Source of the DNA: Aulosira sp. ZfuVER01
GTDB taxonomy: Bacteria; Cyanobacteriota; Cyanobacteriia; Cyanobacteriales; Nostocaceae
Length of the DNA: 64,000 nt
Assembly (NCBI GenBank): GCA_034530615.2
Contig: JAVRCV020000049.1
Span: 64,001-128,000, forward strand
Direction: 5' to 3'
This document shows, piece after piece, positions 10,413 through 21,291 of this stretch. Numbering within the stretch: position 1 is the first letter of the stretch; every line of letters starts with the position of its first letter. The notes under the pieces were generated by a model, which did no database searches, had not been told where the DNA came from, and saw only the letters and a program-made list of their open reading frames with translations. A program made the position numbers and the translations under genes.

Positions 10413-11263
10413 CGAATTTGAATATAAATCTTAGATTATAACTATCTTAAGCATTGGCATACCAAGTTTCTCAGGCATCGAATCAAGATGTAGATGCCAA
10501 AGCTCATTGGTAGGCTGAATCCGCACCTAAATCAAATATTTCTGCCTTAGGGCTGTCCTGGGTCAAGAATCAAAGGTTGACTTGGACTTTTGACAACCTT
10601 AGTGCGAAATCTATAATTTAAATGCGTCATAGCTGAGTTTCTCAAATTATAGTTTTATCTCACTTCTGGTAGATGGTGATTATCAGCTGCCCTTGCTTTA
10701 ATTGGCAGTAAGGTCAGTAGCCTAGATCTTAAAAATGCTTGTATTTTTTAATTTGTAATTTTGAATTATTAATTGGCTACTCGTTGGCTGACTCAATGAT
10801 TTTTCCGAGTATTTCTCTGTGAGATTTTCCCTATTTACCTCGATCACTAAAATCTTAATTATTTCTTCAGTTCTTCAGTGAATTGTCAGAGTTCCGTAAT
10901 AACTAGTAGAACACGGCAGAAAGAGAGATAGCTTAAACGGAATTTCCTTAACAACCTCATGTTTACAACCTGAATAAGATGGCTTAACTGGGGCTGATTT
11001 GTCCATATTGCCTAAAAATTACGGACAAAATCGAATATGTTGCTAGCTTTATTCAAGTTACTGAAAATTAACTGCGTTTACCTTGATTTTTCTTAATACT
11101 ATTATTTAGATTTCCTGTCAAACATATTTAGTTATGTTTATAAGTAATGAATTTAATATCACATTCATACAAAGCATGAGAAAAATTAAATAATTCATAA
11201 GTATTTTTAAGGTCGGCAGTAAATTGAATAACATAGAGAAAATATGCGGATTTAGGGTATTAA

Positions 11264-11641
11264 ATGGAGCCATTACAAAAGCAGATCATGACTCTGAGCT
11301 ATAAACTGGATACGCTCTGCCAAGTGATTGAGGAGCTTGACAGTAAAGTTTCTCAAACTTTATCAGAGTGCTCTTTAGCCAGAACGCAGGCAAGAGATAG
11401 TTATTCAGAAACTAACGAAGCCACGCATTACCACCAGTTCAAAGCAAATCTAAATTACAATTCAGAACTGGAACATAAGGATGTATTGGCAGACGGCATT
11501 TATACAGACACGAATCGTCAAGGTGGAGAAAAAAGCCTGACGCCAGAAATTCAAATACAACGACTAACAGCACAATTAACAGCAGCCTATAATCGCATTG
11601 CCGCCTTAGAAGAACAATTACTGCGGGAGAGAATTCACTAA
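11264..11641 (+). CDS. Hypothetical coiled-coil protein
   Basis: 125-aa ORF with a C-terminal helix IQIQRLTAQLTAAYNRIAALEEQLL. Confidence 0.75.
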   Translation: MEPLQKQIMTLSYKLDTLCQVIEELDSKVSQTLSECSLARTQARDSYSETNEATHYHQFKANLNYNSELEHKDVLADGIYTDTNRQGGEKSLTPEIQIQRLTAQLTAAYNRIAALEEQLLRERIH

Positions 11642-11693
11642 TTTTTAAATAAGTCCAGGAGATTTACCTGAACTTTCTGAGTCTTGGCATCCG

Positions 11694-12899
11694 CTATTGG
11701 TTATTGAATCTGCTCAATCGCTCAAGTTGTTTTTCAATGGCTTCCAAAAGTTGGTGTTGTTGCCAATCTGAACTAAGATAGGCAGCGATCGCAGCTCCTC
11801 CAGCGCCCATACCTTCTTTGACAAAGCCCTGCTCGTAAGCTTGGAGTTGGGGATAACGAGAATCAGTAAAACTCAGTTGAGTAGCTAGTAAGGGTGGGGT
11901 TTTCCCACCCTTAATTATGTCTTCATTACCTAAACTTTGGGCTAATTCCACCGTCCCACCAGTGGGATCTTCTGCTACCCAGCGAGTTGTACCCACAACT
12001 ACTTCTTCGGATCGCCAAGCTAAATTGTAAGTTTGAGCGATCGCATTCATCAGCGCATAAACTGCTAGCATTTGCGTCCCACCCGCCAGCAACACACCAC
12101 AACTACGACTAGCCGCGATCGCCATTCCCGCTACTACCACCTGCATCGGATCGCCCACAGCGGCGACGAGTTGGAGAGGATCGATGAGAGACCGAGGGAC
12201 GGGGGGAGCTTGGGACGCGGAGAAATTTTTCTGGCTCTCCGTGTCGTTGCGTCTTTGCGTCTCCCTGTCCTCCCTCATCTTCTCTAAACCTGCTTGTACC
12301 AATGCCGATTTTTGTCCGTGGTTACAAACAGGATGACTGCTGTTGACTTTCCCCTCGGCGGGTATCCCCAAGCCAGTTAAAATTGCCAAAGCTGTAGTAG
12401 TACCACCAACCACACACTCACTTAAAATCAAATACCCTTGTTGGCTATTAGCCGCTAGTTGAGAACCCCAAAGTAGCCCTTGTTCTAGCAAGTGGTGTAC
12501 CGTTGCTAGTTCCATCGCCTTACCTTGACTTAAACACCTAGCAGGAAATCCCCCTAAATCAATGGTTGGTACTGCTGGGGGCTGAGGTAAACCAGCATTA
12601 AATAAATAAACAGGAATTTTCAGGGCTTCAACTACTGCACGGGAAATTAATACAGGTGAAGCCCCCGCCGTCAGTGGTGGTAGGGCATATTTGGGTTGGT
12701 ATTCTGCACCGTAGTATAAAAATTCAGCATCCGCACAAGCAGTATACTTCCGGTCTTCTGGAGTCAGTCCAGCCGCCGAAATCCCTGGAATTAAACCAGT
12801 TTCAGTAAATCCTAAAATACAGGCAAACACAGGTAAGCGATCGCGGTACTTAGCAATCCAAGCTTCACCCTGTGCTATTTGAGTATAAATATTAATCAT
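11694..12899 (-). CDS. cobT: Nicotinate-nucleotide-dependent phosphoribosyltransferase CobT (cyanobacterial/archaeal type)
   Basis: TETGLIPGISAAG, SECVVGGTTTA, VGDPMQ, LAGGTQM, YEQGFVKEGMGAGG. Confidence 0.85.
   Translation of the reverse strand: MINIYTQIAQGEAWIAKYRDRLPVFACILGFTETGLIPGISAAGLTPEDRKYTACADAEFLYYGAEYQPKYALPPLTAGASPVLISRAVVEALKIPVYLFNAGLPQPPAVPTIDLGGFPARCLSQGKAMELATVHHLLEQGLLWGSQLAANSQQGYLILSECVVGGTTTALAILTGLGIPAEGKVNSSHPVCNHGQKSALVQAGLEKMREDRETQRRNDTESQKNFSASQAPPVPRSLIDPLQLVAAVGDPMQVVVAGMAIAASRSCGVLLAGGTQMLAVYALMNAIAQTYNLAWRSEEVVVGTTRWVAEDPTGGTVELAQSLGNEDIIKGGKTPPLLATQLSFTDSRYPQLQAYEQGFVKEGMGAGGAAIAAYLSSDWQQHQLLEAIEKQLERLSRFNNQ
12183..12279. repeat. Octamer-based hairpin element, in frame inside cobT
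   Basis: GATGAG...ACCGAGGG ACGGGGGG AGCTTGGG ACGCGGAG-loop-CTCCGTGT CGTTGCGT CTTTGCGT CTCCCTGT...CTCATC. Confidence 0.8.
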
Positions 12900-12949
12900 C
12901 GAGAGTAACAGTGATTAGCGATCGGCTAACCACGAATGACCAATGACTA

Positions 12950-13696
12950 TTATTCATAATCCATCAAAACTTGTACCCAACGCGGCGGACGGGGAATGGG
13001 ATTTCCCAGACGATCTAACAGCAGCCATGCGGCTATGTGGACGATAAACAAGTAGATAAAATTGTTGAACAGAATCAAAACCAGCGCCCCGATTTGAATC
13101 CAAAACACACTAGGATTTGCCAATAATTCCAGCTTCAGGAACAACCACTCGATCAGTTCTGTTACCTGGTTAATTGCATAAATCCAAAGATCTTCACCAG
13201 ATAACACAGACAGTAACCATACCCGGAAAAAGGCTCCCAAAGTCCCTAGTAACATACCCAAGGTAATAGAAACTATCCAGGGGACGCGACGATTCCATGT
13301 TGCTCCTAATAGCACGCCCATAAAAGCGTAGGGCATGACAAACAGCAGACTGCGGACTGGCCCCATCAACACTGCTAGCAGCAATCCAGATGTGACTGCT
13401 GCCATCCAGGCTGCTCTCTTGCCCCAACGGAGGTAGACTAGAGCGATCGGTACTGGAAAAAATATCCGCAATACTGGCCCCAAGGGAAAGTAAAAATTAA
13501 TAAACCAAATCAAGCTAGCAGTACTAGCTAAAAATGCCGTTTCCACCATTCTTAGGGGTGCATCAACTTTCAGTTGGGGAGGCCGCAGCGTGCTTTGATT
13601 CCCAAACTTGAGTTGACTTTGGGTAATTTGAGATTCAGAGGATGGGCCTTGCTCTGGCTCATCTGGCAGAGAATCTAAGATGCTCATATTTGACAA
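12950..13696 (-). CDS. DUF2232-type membrane protein
   Basis: Multiple hydrophobic helices; MVETAFLASTASLIW; lies between the Crp gene and cobT. Confidence 0.75.
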   Translation of the reverse strand: MSNMSILDSLPDEPEQGPSSESQITQSQLKFGNQSTLRPPQLKVDAPLRMVETAFLASTASLIWFINFYFPLGPVLRIFFPVPIALVYLRWGKRAAWMAAVTSGLLLAVLMGPVRSLLFVMPYAFMGVLLGATWNRRVPWIVSITLGMLLGTLGAFFRVWLLSVLSGEDLWIYAINQVTELIEWLFLKLELLANPSVFWIQIGALVLILFNNFIYLFIVHIAAWLLLDRLGNPIPRPPRWVQVLMDYE

Positions 13697-13700
13697 GTTT

Positions 13701-14402
13701 TTAAACGATCATTCTTTCCAAGGCTGACAAATCGGGAATATGAATCATATCCTGATCCCGCCTAATCAACCCTTTTTTTTCTAGCCTTGTCAACACTCGT
13801 GTAACTGTTTCCCGCGCCAGCCCACTTAAACTGCTCAATTCTCGGTGCGGTAAATTCGGAATTTCTGTTCCTCCTGTCTGCGCTTTTTTTCCCTGTCCTT
13901 CTGCCAAAAATAGCAAAGTGTCTGCTACCCGTGACTGACTATCAGATTCTCTCAAGCGCAATCTGCGATTGACTTGCCGCAAGCGTCGCGCCATCAGTTG
14001 AGCCAATCGCATTCCTGCCAAGGGTTCTGTCTGAAGTAACTTGACAAAATCTTGAGACGGCATACTACCAATCACTGTAGGCGTTAGGGTAATTACATCG
14101 GTAGAGCGAGGTACTTCATCTAGCGCCGCCATTTCACCAAACAATTCTCCCTTGCCAAGAATATTCAACGTCACCTCTTTACCTTCTAGGTTGTAGGTGC
14201 GAATTTTGACCCATCCATCCACAATGAAATATACAGAACCACCCCAGTCATTTTCCAGTAGAATTACCTGATTAGCTGGGTGTGTACGGGTAACAAGATG
14301 GGTGAGGGCTGATTCGACAACCAATTCTGGCAACCCCTGAAAAAAGGGAGCCGAGATCATCCAGGGATTTGTAGGTGTCTGCAGGCTATATCGGTCTTCC
14401 AT
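13701..14402 (-). CDS. Crp/Fnr family transcriptional regulator
   Basis: cNMP-binding motif GELFGEMAALDEVPRS; HTH HRELSSLSGLARETVTRVL. Confidence 0.93.
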   Translation of the reverse strand: MEDRYSLQTPTNPWMISAPFFQGLPELVVESALTHLVTRTHPANQVILLENDWGGSVYFIVDGWVKIRTYNLEGKEVTLNILGKGELFGEMAALDEVPRSTDVITLTPTVIGSMPSQDFVKLLQTEPLAGMRLAQLMARRLRQVNRRLRLRESDSQSRVADTLLFLAEGQGKKAQTGGTEIPNLPHRELSSLSGLARETVTRVLTRLEKKGLIRRDQDMIHIPDLSALERMIV

Positions 14403-15112
14403 TACAACATCTTGATTACATATTTTTTAAATAAAGCAGTTGAATACACAACAAACGAGAGCGCTATGTTAAGCCTAAGCTATCAAAGCACAGCCCTTTA
14501 CAAAAATAAAACTAAACTATGTTACACAAAAATCCAGTATGAGCTTTGTTTATCAATAATCCTTACCTATGGGTTTAGACCTAGTGATAATTGTGCATCA
14601 AACAGTCTGTTGCACCTCAAGGTCTTCTTAAAGCACTAACTTCAGAACATAGGTAAACAACCTTAATGATACTCAAGGTAGTTAATTTTTGCTAACCTAA
14701 AACCTTTAGGTGCTGTCAGCAATATACAACTAAGTACAACAAAGCTTCATAATTTGCTTGTTTTTCGGTACCAAAGCGTTGGTTTAACAAAAGTAGTTTG
14801 TTTAGCTGTTACAATTTTTTCTATTTTTTATGCTATGAAGTCTGAGAAGTTACAACGTTGGTTGTCTGGTGAGATGGAACAGCACCCAGTAGGCTGTCGT
14901 GCTGTTGAAACTGCCAAACACCCGATTAGTAGCTGTCAAGCCGATCTTCTCAAATAGGTAGCGATCAACAATAGCCAAAATTCCCAAAATCCATAACATC
15001 AACACCAATTACACTCAAAAGTCCGACGGGTAAAAGCCAAGCCTCATAATTTCAATAATTGTAAATTAATTTAACCAGCAATTGACGTAAATTTCTACAT
15101 AAGGTATCTAAA

Positions 15113-18100
15113 GTGACTTCTCACGCAGATGAAATTCAAAGATTGATCGCAGACATTGACAACCTACTTGCCAATAATGGCAAGCGTCTGTCTAAGCTGT
15201 TGTCTGGTCAGGCGCAGGAACCAAGAGAGGTTTTGGAGCGAACTCGCGACTTTCTCAGTAGACTCCAAGAAAGTGAATTATTGTCCAAGGATGGTCAAAA
15301 CAAACCTTCAGAACCCAAACCACTGTCACCTTTATTAGCAAAATTTGTCGATCAAAATCATCAGCAGTCGTTAACCCAAAACAAGCAAGCCAACGAAGAA
15401 CAGAGTACAGCGACGCTGCTGCAAAAATTAAATAGTGAAGTCTCAGTTTTGCTCCAGCCGTTGCAAGGAGAATTAGCAGGATTATTGCAAGAGCGAGCCA
15501 ATCTGGTGCAAGAAATTCGCCAACTAGAGCAAAGGCGATCGCAAAATTATTCCCTGAGCCAGCAGTTGGCACACCAGGAACAGATCATTAACGACTTTTT
15601 ACAGGTACTTACCAATCGCTTGCTGCCAACTTTAACCTCGCAGTTAACCCAGAAGTTTGCAAATGTACCGATTTCTGCCACAACAAGTAATAACGCCAAT
15701 TCAGACGCCACACTAAGCAGCAATCCAGATGGAGTAGAGCAGTTAACTAGGTTAGGTAGGGAGTTCGATCAACGCCTACTGTCACTGGATGGAACTGTCA
15801 ATGTTGTCTTTGAAGCACTACAGCGCAACATTCATACTTATCAAGAATCCCTATCACAAGCGATCGCCAGAATGCACTCGCAAGGAGTGCAAGGCGAACA
15901 GGTAATGGCCAGCTTTGTGAATAACTTGACGCAGTATTTACAGCAATTTCCTGGGTATCAGCCATCTTTATCGACAATTAAGACAGAAACCATTAATTTA
16001 CAAGCTTTACAGCCAGCATATCCTCAACCGGAGTTAGAAACTCAGCGATCGCCAATACAACCACAAACAGATGCTGCAAACACAGAAGATTTGGATGCAG
16101 TGCTGTTGGAATTTGTCACAGATGCGCCACAATCTTCTCAGACAACTACGGCTGCAACTCCAACTGCATTCCAGCCAGAGAGTTCCCAAGCAGATGAAGT
16201 AGACCAACTTTATGCCAGTTTGTTTGGGACTGAAGATGTTACTCCAAAAGTCGTTGCTAATGAAGTAGTGCCACAAGAAACTGTTACGTTAGCAGATGTA
16301 GATATCACCGATAGCACACCTGTAGCCTCAACCAATCAAGTGCAATCTGTGGATGCTGCTGTGGAAACCGCCGCGAGTATCAAAGAAGCAATTCCTCCTC
16401 AACTAGAAGCAATTCCAGATTCCCCTGCGCAATCAACAGATTCATCACCGGAATGGGAAGATTTGTTTTTTGAGGAGGTTACAGATACAACTAGCTTGCC
16501 AGTAGAAGCAGTCACAGCAACAGAGAGTCAAGCTAGTGTTGAGACAATTACTGCTTTAACAGACTTAGTAGTTGATGTAGCTGCTCAACAGCAAGTCATT
16601 CCAGCTCCATCTCCTGCAAAAGAAGTCATAAAAACTACAACAGTCACACCTGCTGCCCAAAAACCGGAAGTAGTAATTCTCCATGAAGAGCAAGATAAAT
16701 CTTTAGATAGCTATATTGCCGCCTCACCACAGGAAAATTTACTTTCCCCAGAAGTAACCGCTAATATGCCGGATATTTCCTTAGATGATGAGCAGTTACA
16801 GTTATTGGATCAAGATTTGGCTGACTTTGATGGGTTGCTGAATTCTGCTAGTGAAGAATCGACTTTTCCGGAATTAACAGAAAATACTTCCCCTGAGGCT
16901 TTTAATAATACAGAAATGCCACAGCTTGCTTCTGGTAATTTCCCTCAACCAGAAGTTGAGTTAGACTTTAGCCCAATAATTGAAAAAAAAACTGCGCTTT
17001 CTACTGCGCAGGGCGTAAATTATCCAGAAATTTCATCTCAAGATATTCTCAAGTCGCGCTGGTATCTAGGAATTGATTTAGGTACAACAGGGATTTCTGC
17101 GACATTATTAAACAGTTCTACTTGTGTTGTCTATCCTATCTACTGGTCAGCAGAAACCCAAGCAGGAGCAGCTTCTTTCCAGCAATCTTTTCGTTTACCA
17201 GCAGAAGTTTATTTACCTACGGCTTCTGTACCTCAAGGTGAGACTGAAAATACAGAAAACTTGCCTAGCAATGCTGCACCATCCAAAAACACTCCCTACT
17301 CAGCACAATTAAAACCCTATTTACAAGTAGCTATTCCCTACAAAAGTGCTAGACAAAAATGGGAACCTGTACTGCAATTTAATGAGTTTTCTGCGGGGCC
17401 GTTAATTTGGATTGTGCGATCGCTTTCTAAACTACTATTAACTTTAAAATCCGATCGCCAAAGTACTACTCAAGGTTTAACTGCTGCTGCTGTTGGTTTA
17501 AATGAAGCCAGTTTCCGTACCATTATCAATAACCTGGCTGGTGCAATTTGCACTTGTCCATCTAGTTGTTCGGAACAATATCGCTTTAATGTGCGCGAAG
17601 CCTTACTGACAAGCAAATTAGTCCAACATCCCCAGCAAGTATTTTTCATTGAAGAAGCGATCGCTAGTCTTTTAAGTGTACTGAATGCTGCCAACGGTGA
17701 GACAGTACAAATCAGCAGTACCCAAGGTTTGCATCCCGTACAAAACGAGCAACCGCTTTTAGGAAACACTCTGGCGCTGAATATTGGGGCTACCGCTACA
17801 GAAATGACCTTGGTTGATTTGCCAGAAAATTTATCGGAATTTACACATCATGATTTCATGCTCCACAACTTTGCCTATGGTGGCAAGGGTATTGAGCAAG
17901 ATATTATCTGCCAACTGCTCCTACCGCCAAAATCTCGGCGATCGCGGGCAGAAATTTCAGCTGATAGCCAAGTTAGCAGTCAGCCTGGGCTATGGCAATC
18001 GACTATTCCAGGTTTAGACCAGATGCAGTGGCAAAGTTTGGGTTTAGAAGAATTAGAACTTCCACGAGTCGGAGAACCTGATATTAGCGCTCGTGTTCGC

Positions 18101-18919
18101 CTCCAGCAGCGTCTAGAAAGCTCGCTTCTAGGACAAGCAGTACTTGATGCCGCACTGGCTCTGAAGTTGATTTTACAACACCAAGAATCTTTCACTTTGG
18201 ATTTAGCCGACCAGCGATGGATCTTGGAACGGCGAGATTTGGAGAGCCAAGTATTAGTTCCGTTTGTGCGCCGCCTCAACCGCGAACTTAACAAGTTGCT
18301 GGTAGCTCGTGGTATACCCACAGAAGCAATTAATCAGGCTGTCTTGACTGGTGGAGTTGCTTCCATCGCCACAATCAACCGTTGGCTGAAGCAAAAACTC
18401 CCCAACGCCAAAATTATTCACGATTCATATTTGGGTGAAAATGGCGCTCCTAGCTGTAGCCGAGTTGCCTATGGTTTGGCGATGTTACCCTTACATCCCC
18501 AGGTTTTAGACATAGCCAGACAACAATACACCGATTATTTCTTGTTTACAGAATTACTGCGGCTGTTGCCAGACCGACCCCTATCTTTTAGTGAAGTTAT
18601 TCATTTATTTGAGGGACGGGGCGTTAATACCCGCACTTGTCAGCAACGCCTCTTGGCTTTCTTGGAAGGTGAGTTACCTGCGGGTTTAATCCCTAACAGT
18701 CCTGATTCCTCTTGGCTCACCCAAAGTTCCCAAGATAACCCAGACTATCATGCGATCGCCTCAGCCCCACTTTTTGAAAAACAAGGTAATCTCACCTATC
18801 GTCCTAATTCTCAACAACTTTTGTCTCTGCGTCGCTATCTAGAAGCAATCAAGGCTAGTACTCGGCAATCTTTAGAAGAACCATACACACTTAATTTTTT
18901 CTTAGAGGTTGCTCATTAG
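15113..18919 (+). CDS. Large protein: N-terminal coiled coil, acidic low-complexity linker, C-terminal Hsp70/actin-like ATPase fold
   Basis: YLGIDLGTT, EEAIAS, NIGATAT, YGGKGIE and VLTGGVAS correspond to actin-fold motifs. Confidence 0.7.
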   Translation: MTSHADEIQRLIADIDNLLANNGKRLSKLLSGQAQEPREVLERTRDFLSRLQESELLSKDGQNKPSEPKPLSPLLAKFVDQNHQQSLTQNKQANEEQSTATLLQKLNSEVSVLLQPLQGELAGLLQERANLVQEIRQLEQRRSQNYSLSQQLAHQEQIINDFLQVLTNRLLPTLTSQLTQKFANVPISATTSNNANSDATLSSNPDGVEQLTRLGREFDQRLLSLDGTVNVVFEALQRNIHTYQESLSQAIARMHSQGVQGEQVMASFVNNLTQYLQQFPGYQPSLSTIKTETINLQALQPAYPQPELETQRSPIQPQTDAANTEDLDAVLLEFVTDAPQSSQTTTAATPTAFQPESSQADEVDQLYASLFGTEDVTPKVVANEVVPQETVTLADVDITDSTPVASTNQVQSVDAAVETAASIKEAIPPQLEAIPDSPAQSTDSSPEWEDLFFEEVTDTTSLPVEAVTATESQASVETITALTDLVVDVAAQQQVIPAPSPAKEVIKTTTVTPAAQKPEVVILHEEQDKSLDSYIAASPQENLLSPEVTANMPDISLDDEQLQLLDQDLADFDGLLNSASEESTFPELTENTSPEAFNNTEMPQLASGNFPQPEVELDFSPIIEKKTALSTAQGVNYPEISSQDILKSRWYLGIDLGTTGISATLLNSSTCVVYPIYWSAETQAGAASFQQSFRLPAEVYLPTASVPQGETENTENLPSNAAPSKNTPYSAQLKPYLQVAIPYKSARQKWEPVLQFNEFSAGPLIWIVRSLSKLLLTLKSDRQSTTQGLTAAAVGLNEASFRTIINNLAGAICTCPSSCSEQYRFNVREALLTSKLVQHPQQVFFIEEAIASLLSVLNAANGETVQISSTQGLHPVQNEQPLLGNTLALNIGATATEMTLVDLPENLSEFTHHDFMLHNFAYGGKGIEQDIICQLLLPPKSRRSRAEISADSQVSSQPGLWQSTIPGLDQMQWQSLGLEELELPRVGEPDISARVRLQQRLESSLLGQAVLDAALALKLILQHQESFTLDLADQRWILERRDLESQVLVPFVRRLNRELNKLLVARGIPTEAINQAVLTGGVASIATINRWLKQKLPNAKIIHDSYLGENGAPSCSRVAYGLAMLPLHPQVLDIARQQYTDYFLFTELLRLLPDRPLSFSEVIHLFEGRGVNTRTCQQRLLAFLEGELPAGLIPNSPDSSWLTQSSQDNPDYHAIASAPLFEKQGNLTYRPNSQQLLSLRRYLEAIKASTRQSLEEPYTLNFFLEVAH

Positions 18920-18947
18920 TCTGCCGACATAGCCCGAAATTGAGTTT

Positions 18948-18973
18948 GTAGTAAGCACTTAAGTGCTTACTAC
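18948..18973. repeat. Perfect 26-bp palindrome downstream of the gene (dispersed repeat or terminator-like)
   Basis: GTAGTAAGCACTT|AAGTGCTTACTAC. Confidence 0.7.
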
Positions 18974-19170
18974 GAGCTTTCACATATCACGTATTGCTAA
19001 ATTTTACAAAAACATACTGAATATTTACAATACCTTTCCAAATTGAAAGATTGTATAAAGTTGGCGTTAAAAGATAAAAAAATTGTCTATATTAGCACTC
19101 AGTACACATCTCAGTAGAAACTGAAAATACAGTAGAAACGGTAAAATTCAACAAAAACCGAAGGCCAACT

Positions 19171-19878
19171 ATGTCCATGTCTACTTTTACTACTGATGAA
19201 AAAGGCTGTATTGGGGATAATTTAACTTTATTGAGCCATATTGATTCAGTAAATTTATCACCGCAGCCTTTACACCCTTCTATCAGCAGCATAACAAAAC
19301 GATTAATCGATATTTTCGGTGCCATTATCGGACTAGCGATTACAGCCTTAGTAGCAATTCCTGTCGCCATTGCTAGTTTTGTTGATAATCCAGGTCCGAT
19401 ATTTTATTGCCAAGTTCGTTGTGGGCTTGACGGTAAACCCTTCCGTATGTGGAAGTTCCGCTCGATGATTGTCAACGCTGACAAACTCAAGCATCTAGTG
19501 AAAAACCAAGCTCAAGGCCACATTTTTAAATCTGTAGACGACCCACGTATTACTCGCGTAGGTAAATTTCTGCGGCGTACCAGCCTAGACGAATTACCTC
19601 AGTTTTGGAACGTCCTATTGGGAGACATGAGCCTTGTTGGTACTCGTCCACCCACTCCTGATGAAGTTATCAATTACGAACCACACCACTGGAAAAGATT
19701 GCGAGTCAAGCCAGGTATGACTGGCGAATGGCAAGTTAACGGTCGTTCCAGCATTAACGATTTTGAAACTGTCGTCAGCATGGATATCGATTATCAGCGT
19801 AAGTGGTCTATCGGTTACGACCTGAGTCTAATTTTGAAGACTATCCACGTGGTGCTTTTAAAAAGCGGTGCTTATTAA
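19171..19878 (+). CDS. Bacterial sugar transferase (priming glycosyl-phosphotransferase family)
   Basis: KRLIDIFGA, KFRSM, DDPRITRVGKFLRRTSLDELPQ, GDMSLVGTRP, KPGMTG. Confidence 0.93.
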   Translation: MSMSTFTTDEKGCIGDNLTLLSHIDSVNLSPQPLHPSISSITKRLIDIFGAIIGLAITALVAIPVAIASFVDNPGPIFYCQVRCGLDGKPFRMWKFRSMIVNADKLKHLVKNQAQGHIFKSVDDPRITRVGKFLRRTSLDELPQFWNVLLGDMSLVGTRPPTPDEVINYEPHHWKRLRVKPGMTGEWQVNGRSSINDFETVVSMDIDYQRKWSIGYDLSLILKTIHVVLLKSGAY

Positions 19879-19993
19879 GTTGTTGCCACTCTTACTAACT
19901 AGGGTGCGCCTATCTCAAGAGGAGACAAAGTTCAACATTATGAATTCAAATTCCAGGCATTCTGGGAATTTATAATATTGAATTTTGAATTGT

Positions 19994-20836
19994 TTAACCT
20001 TTAACCCCACTACCAGTTTCCGTAGGTACAATATAGCGTTGCAAGAAGAGAAAAAGTACCAATACAGGGGCAATAGAAATTACCGAACCAGCAGCTACCA
20101 AACGCCAATCAAGAGAAAAAGTACCTGCAAGCTTTGCGACTCCTAGGGGAAGAGTGTATAGATTTTCGTCTTGAATGACAATTAACGGCCAAAGAAAGTC
20201 ACTCCAAGAACCGATAAAGACGAAAATCGCCAGGGTCACAAGTGCCGGACGAATGGCTGGCAACATAATATACCACCACAAACCTAACTCGGAGCTGCCA
20301 TCCATACGGGCAGCTTCTTCTATTTCTTTAGGAACGCTCATAAAGGCCTGTCGCAGCAGAAAAATGCCAAAAGCAGAAGCTAAACTCGGAAAAATCATGC
20401 CCAAATAAGTATTTCTCAAGCCTATTTGGACTGTCAAAATATATAGTGGAATCATCACGATTTGAAAGGGAATCATAATCGTGGAAACAATGGCGATAAA
20501 AATCCAATCTCGCCCAGGAAATGATAGTCGCGCTAAAGGGTAAGCTGCTAAAGCGCAAAAAAGCAGATTTAAAATAACAGTTAGTACCGCTACTAAAGTG
20601 CTGTTATATAAGTACTGTGCAAAAGGTAGAGACTGCCAGACACTAGAGAAATTATCCAGTGTCGGTTGACTGGGTAATAGTTGCGGTGGTGACTGCCAAA
20701 TATTTTCTGTGGGAGATTTTAAGGCTGTACTGATTAGCCAGAGCAATGGGAACAGCGTTAATATTGCGATCGCTCCCAATAGCCCATAAATTCCTAATAT
20801 TTGCAGTCGTGATTTGTGATTTTGCCAATTAATCAT
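19994..20836 (-). CDS. Carbohydrate ABC transporter permease
   Basis: EAA loop PKEIEEAARMDG; transmembrane helices; WSDFLWPL. Confidence 0.92.
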   Translation of the reverse strand: MINWQNHKSRLQILGIYGLLGAIAILTLFPLLWLISTALKSPTENIWQSPPQLLPSQPTLDNFSSVWQSLPFAQYLYNSTLVAVLTVILNLLFCALAAYPLARLSFPGRDWIFIAIVSTIMIPFQIVMIPLYILTVQIGLRNTYLGMIFPSLASAFGIFLLRQAFMSVPKEIEEAARMDGSSELGLWWYIMLPAIRPALVTLAIFVFIGSWSDFLWPLIVIQDENLYTLPLGVAKLAGTFSLDWRLVAAGSVISIAPVLVLFLFLQRYIVPTETGSGVKG

Positions 20837-20970
20837 CTGCTTGGTTTGTGTTATTGATCCGACGGGACAACAAAATAGCCTCTAAAACTTGCGAGTTAAA
20901 GTTACTAATAACATATTTGTCTAATAAAATCTTGTGTAAAATCAAAATAATTAACCAGAAGAATTAAATC

Positions 20971-21291
20971 ATGCAACTCGACGATTACTTCAACTTCCTT
21001 ACCCCTAACGACATTCGTTTAAAAGGTTCTCGAATTGGGATCGAAACCATTTTAAATGAATATATTTATCAGCGTCATTCTCCTGAAATCATTGCCGAAA
21101 CATATCCCAGTCTTACCCTAGAACAAGTTTATGCCACTATTCTCTATTACCTACATAACCAAGAATCAGTTACTCAATATATGGCAGATTGGCTAAAATA
21201 CTGCCAAGAATCTGCAAAACAACAAGATGAAAATCCACCCGAATATATTTTGAGGCTGCGTCAAATCAAAGCCCAAAGAGGGATTGCATGA
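20971..21291 (+). CDS. DUF433 family antitoxin-like protein
   Basis: IRLKGSRIGIETIL...SPEIIAETYPSLTLEQVYATILYY. Confidence 0.85.
   Translation: MQLDDYFNFLTPNDIRLKGSRIGIETILNEYIYQRHSPEIIAETYPSLTLEQVYATILYYLHNQESVTQYMADWLKYCQESAKQQDENPPEYILRLRQIKAQRGIA

Noticed and set aside
11889..11913. Second insertion in cobT (TAAGGGTGGG-N5-CCCACCCTTA hairpin)
   Set aside because: It resembles the hairpins at 39427 and 54121, but without an orthologue alignment it cannot be distinguished from chance.
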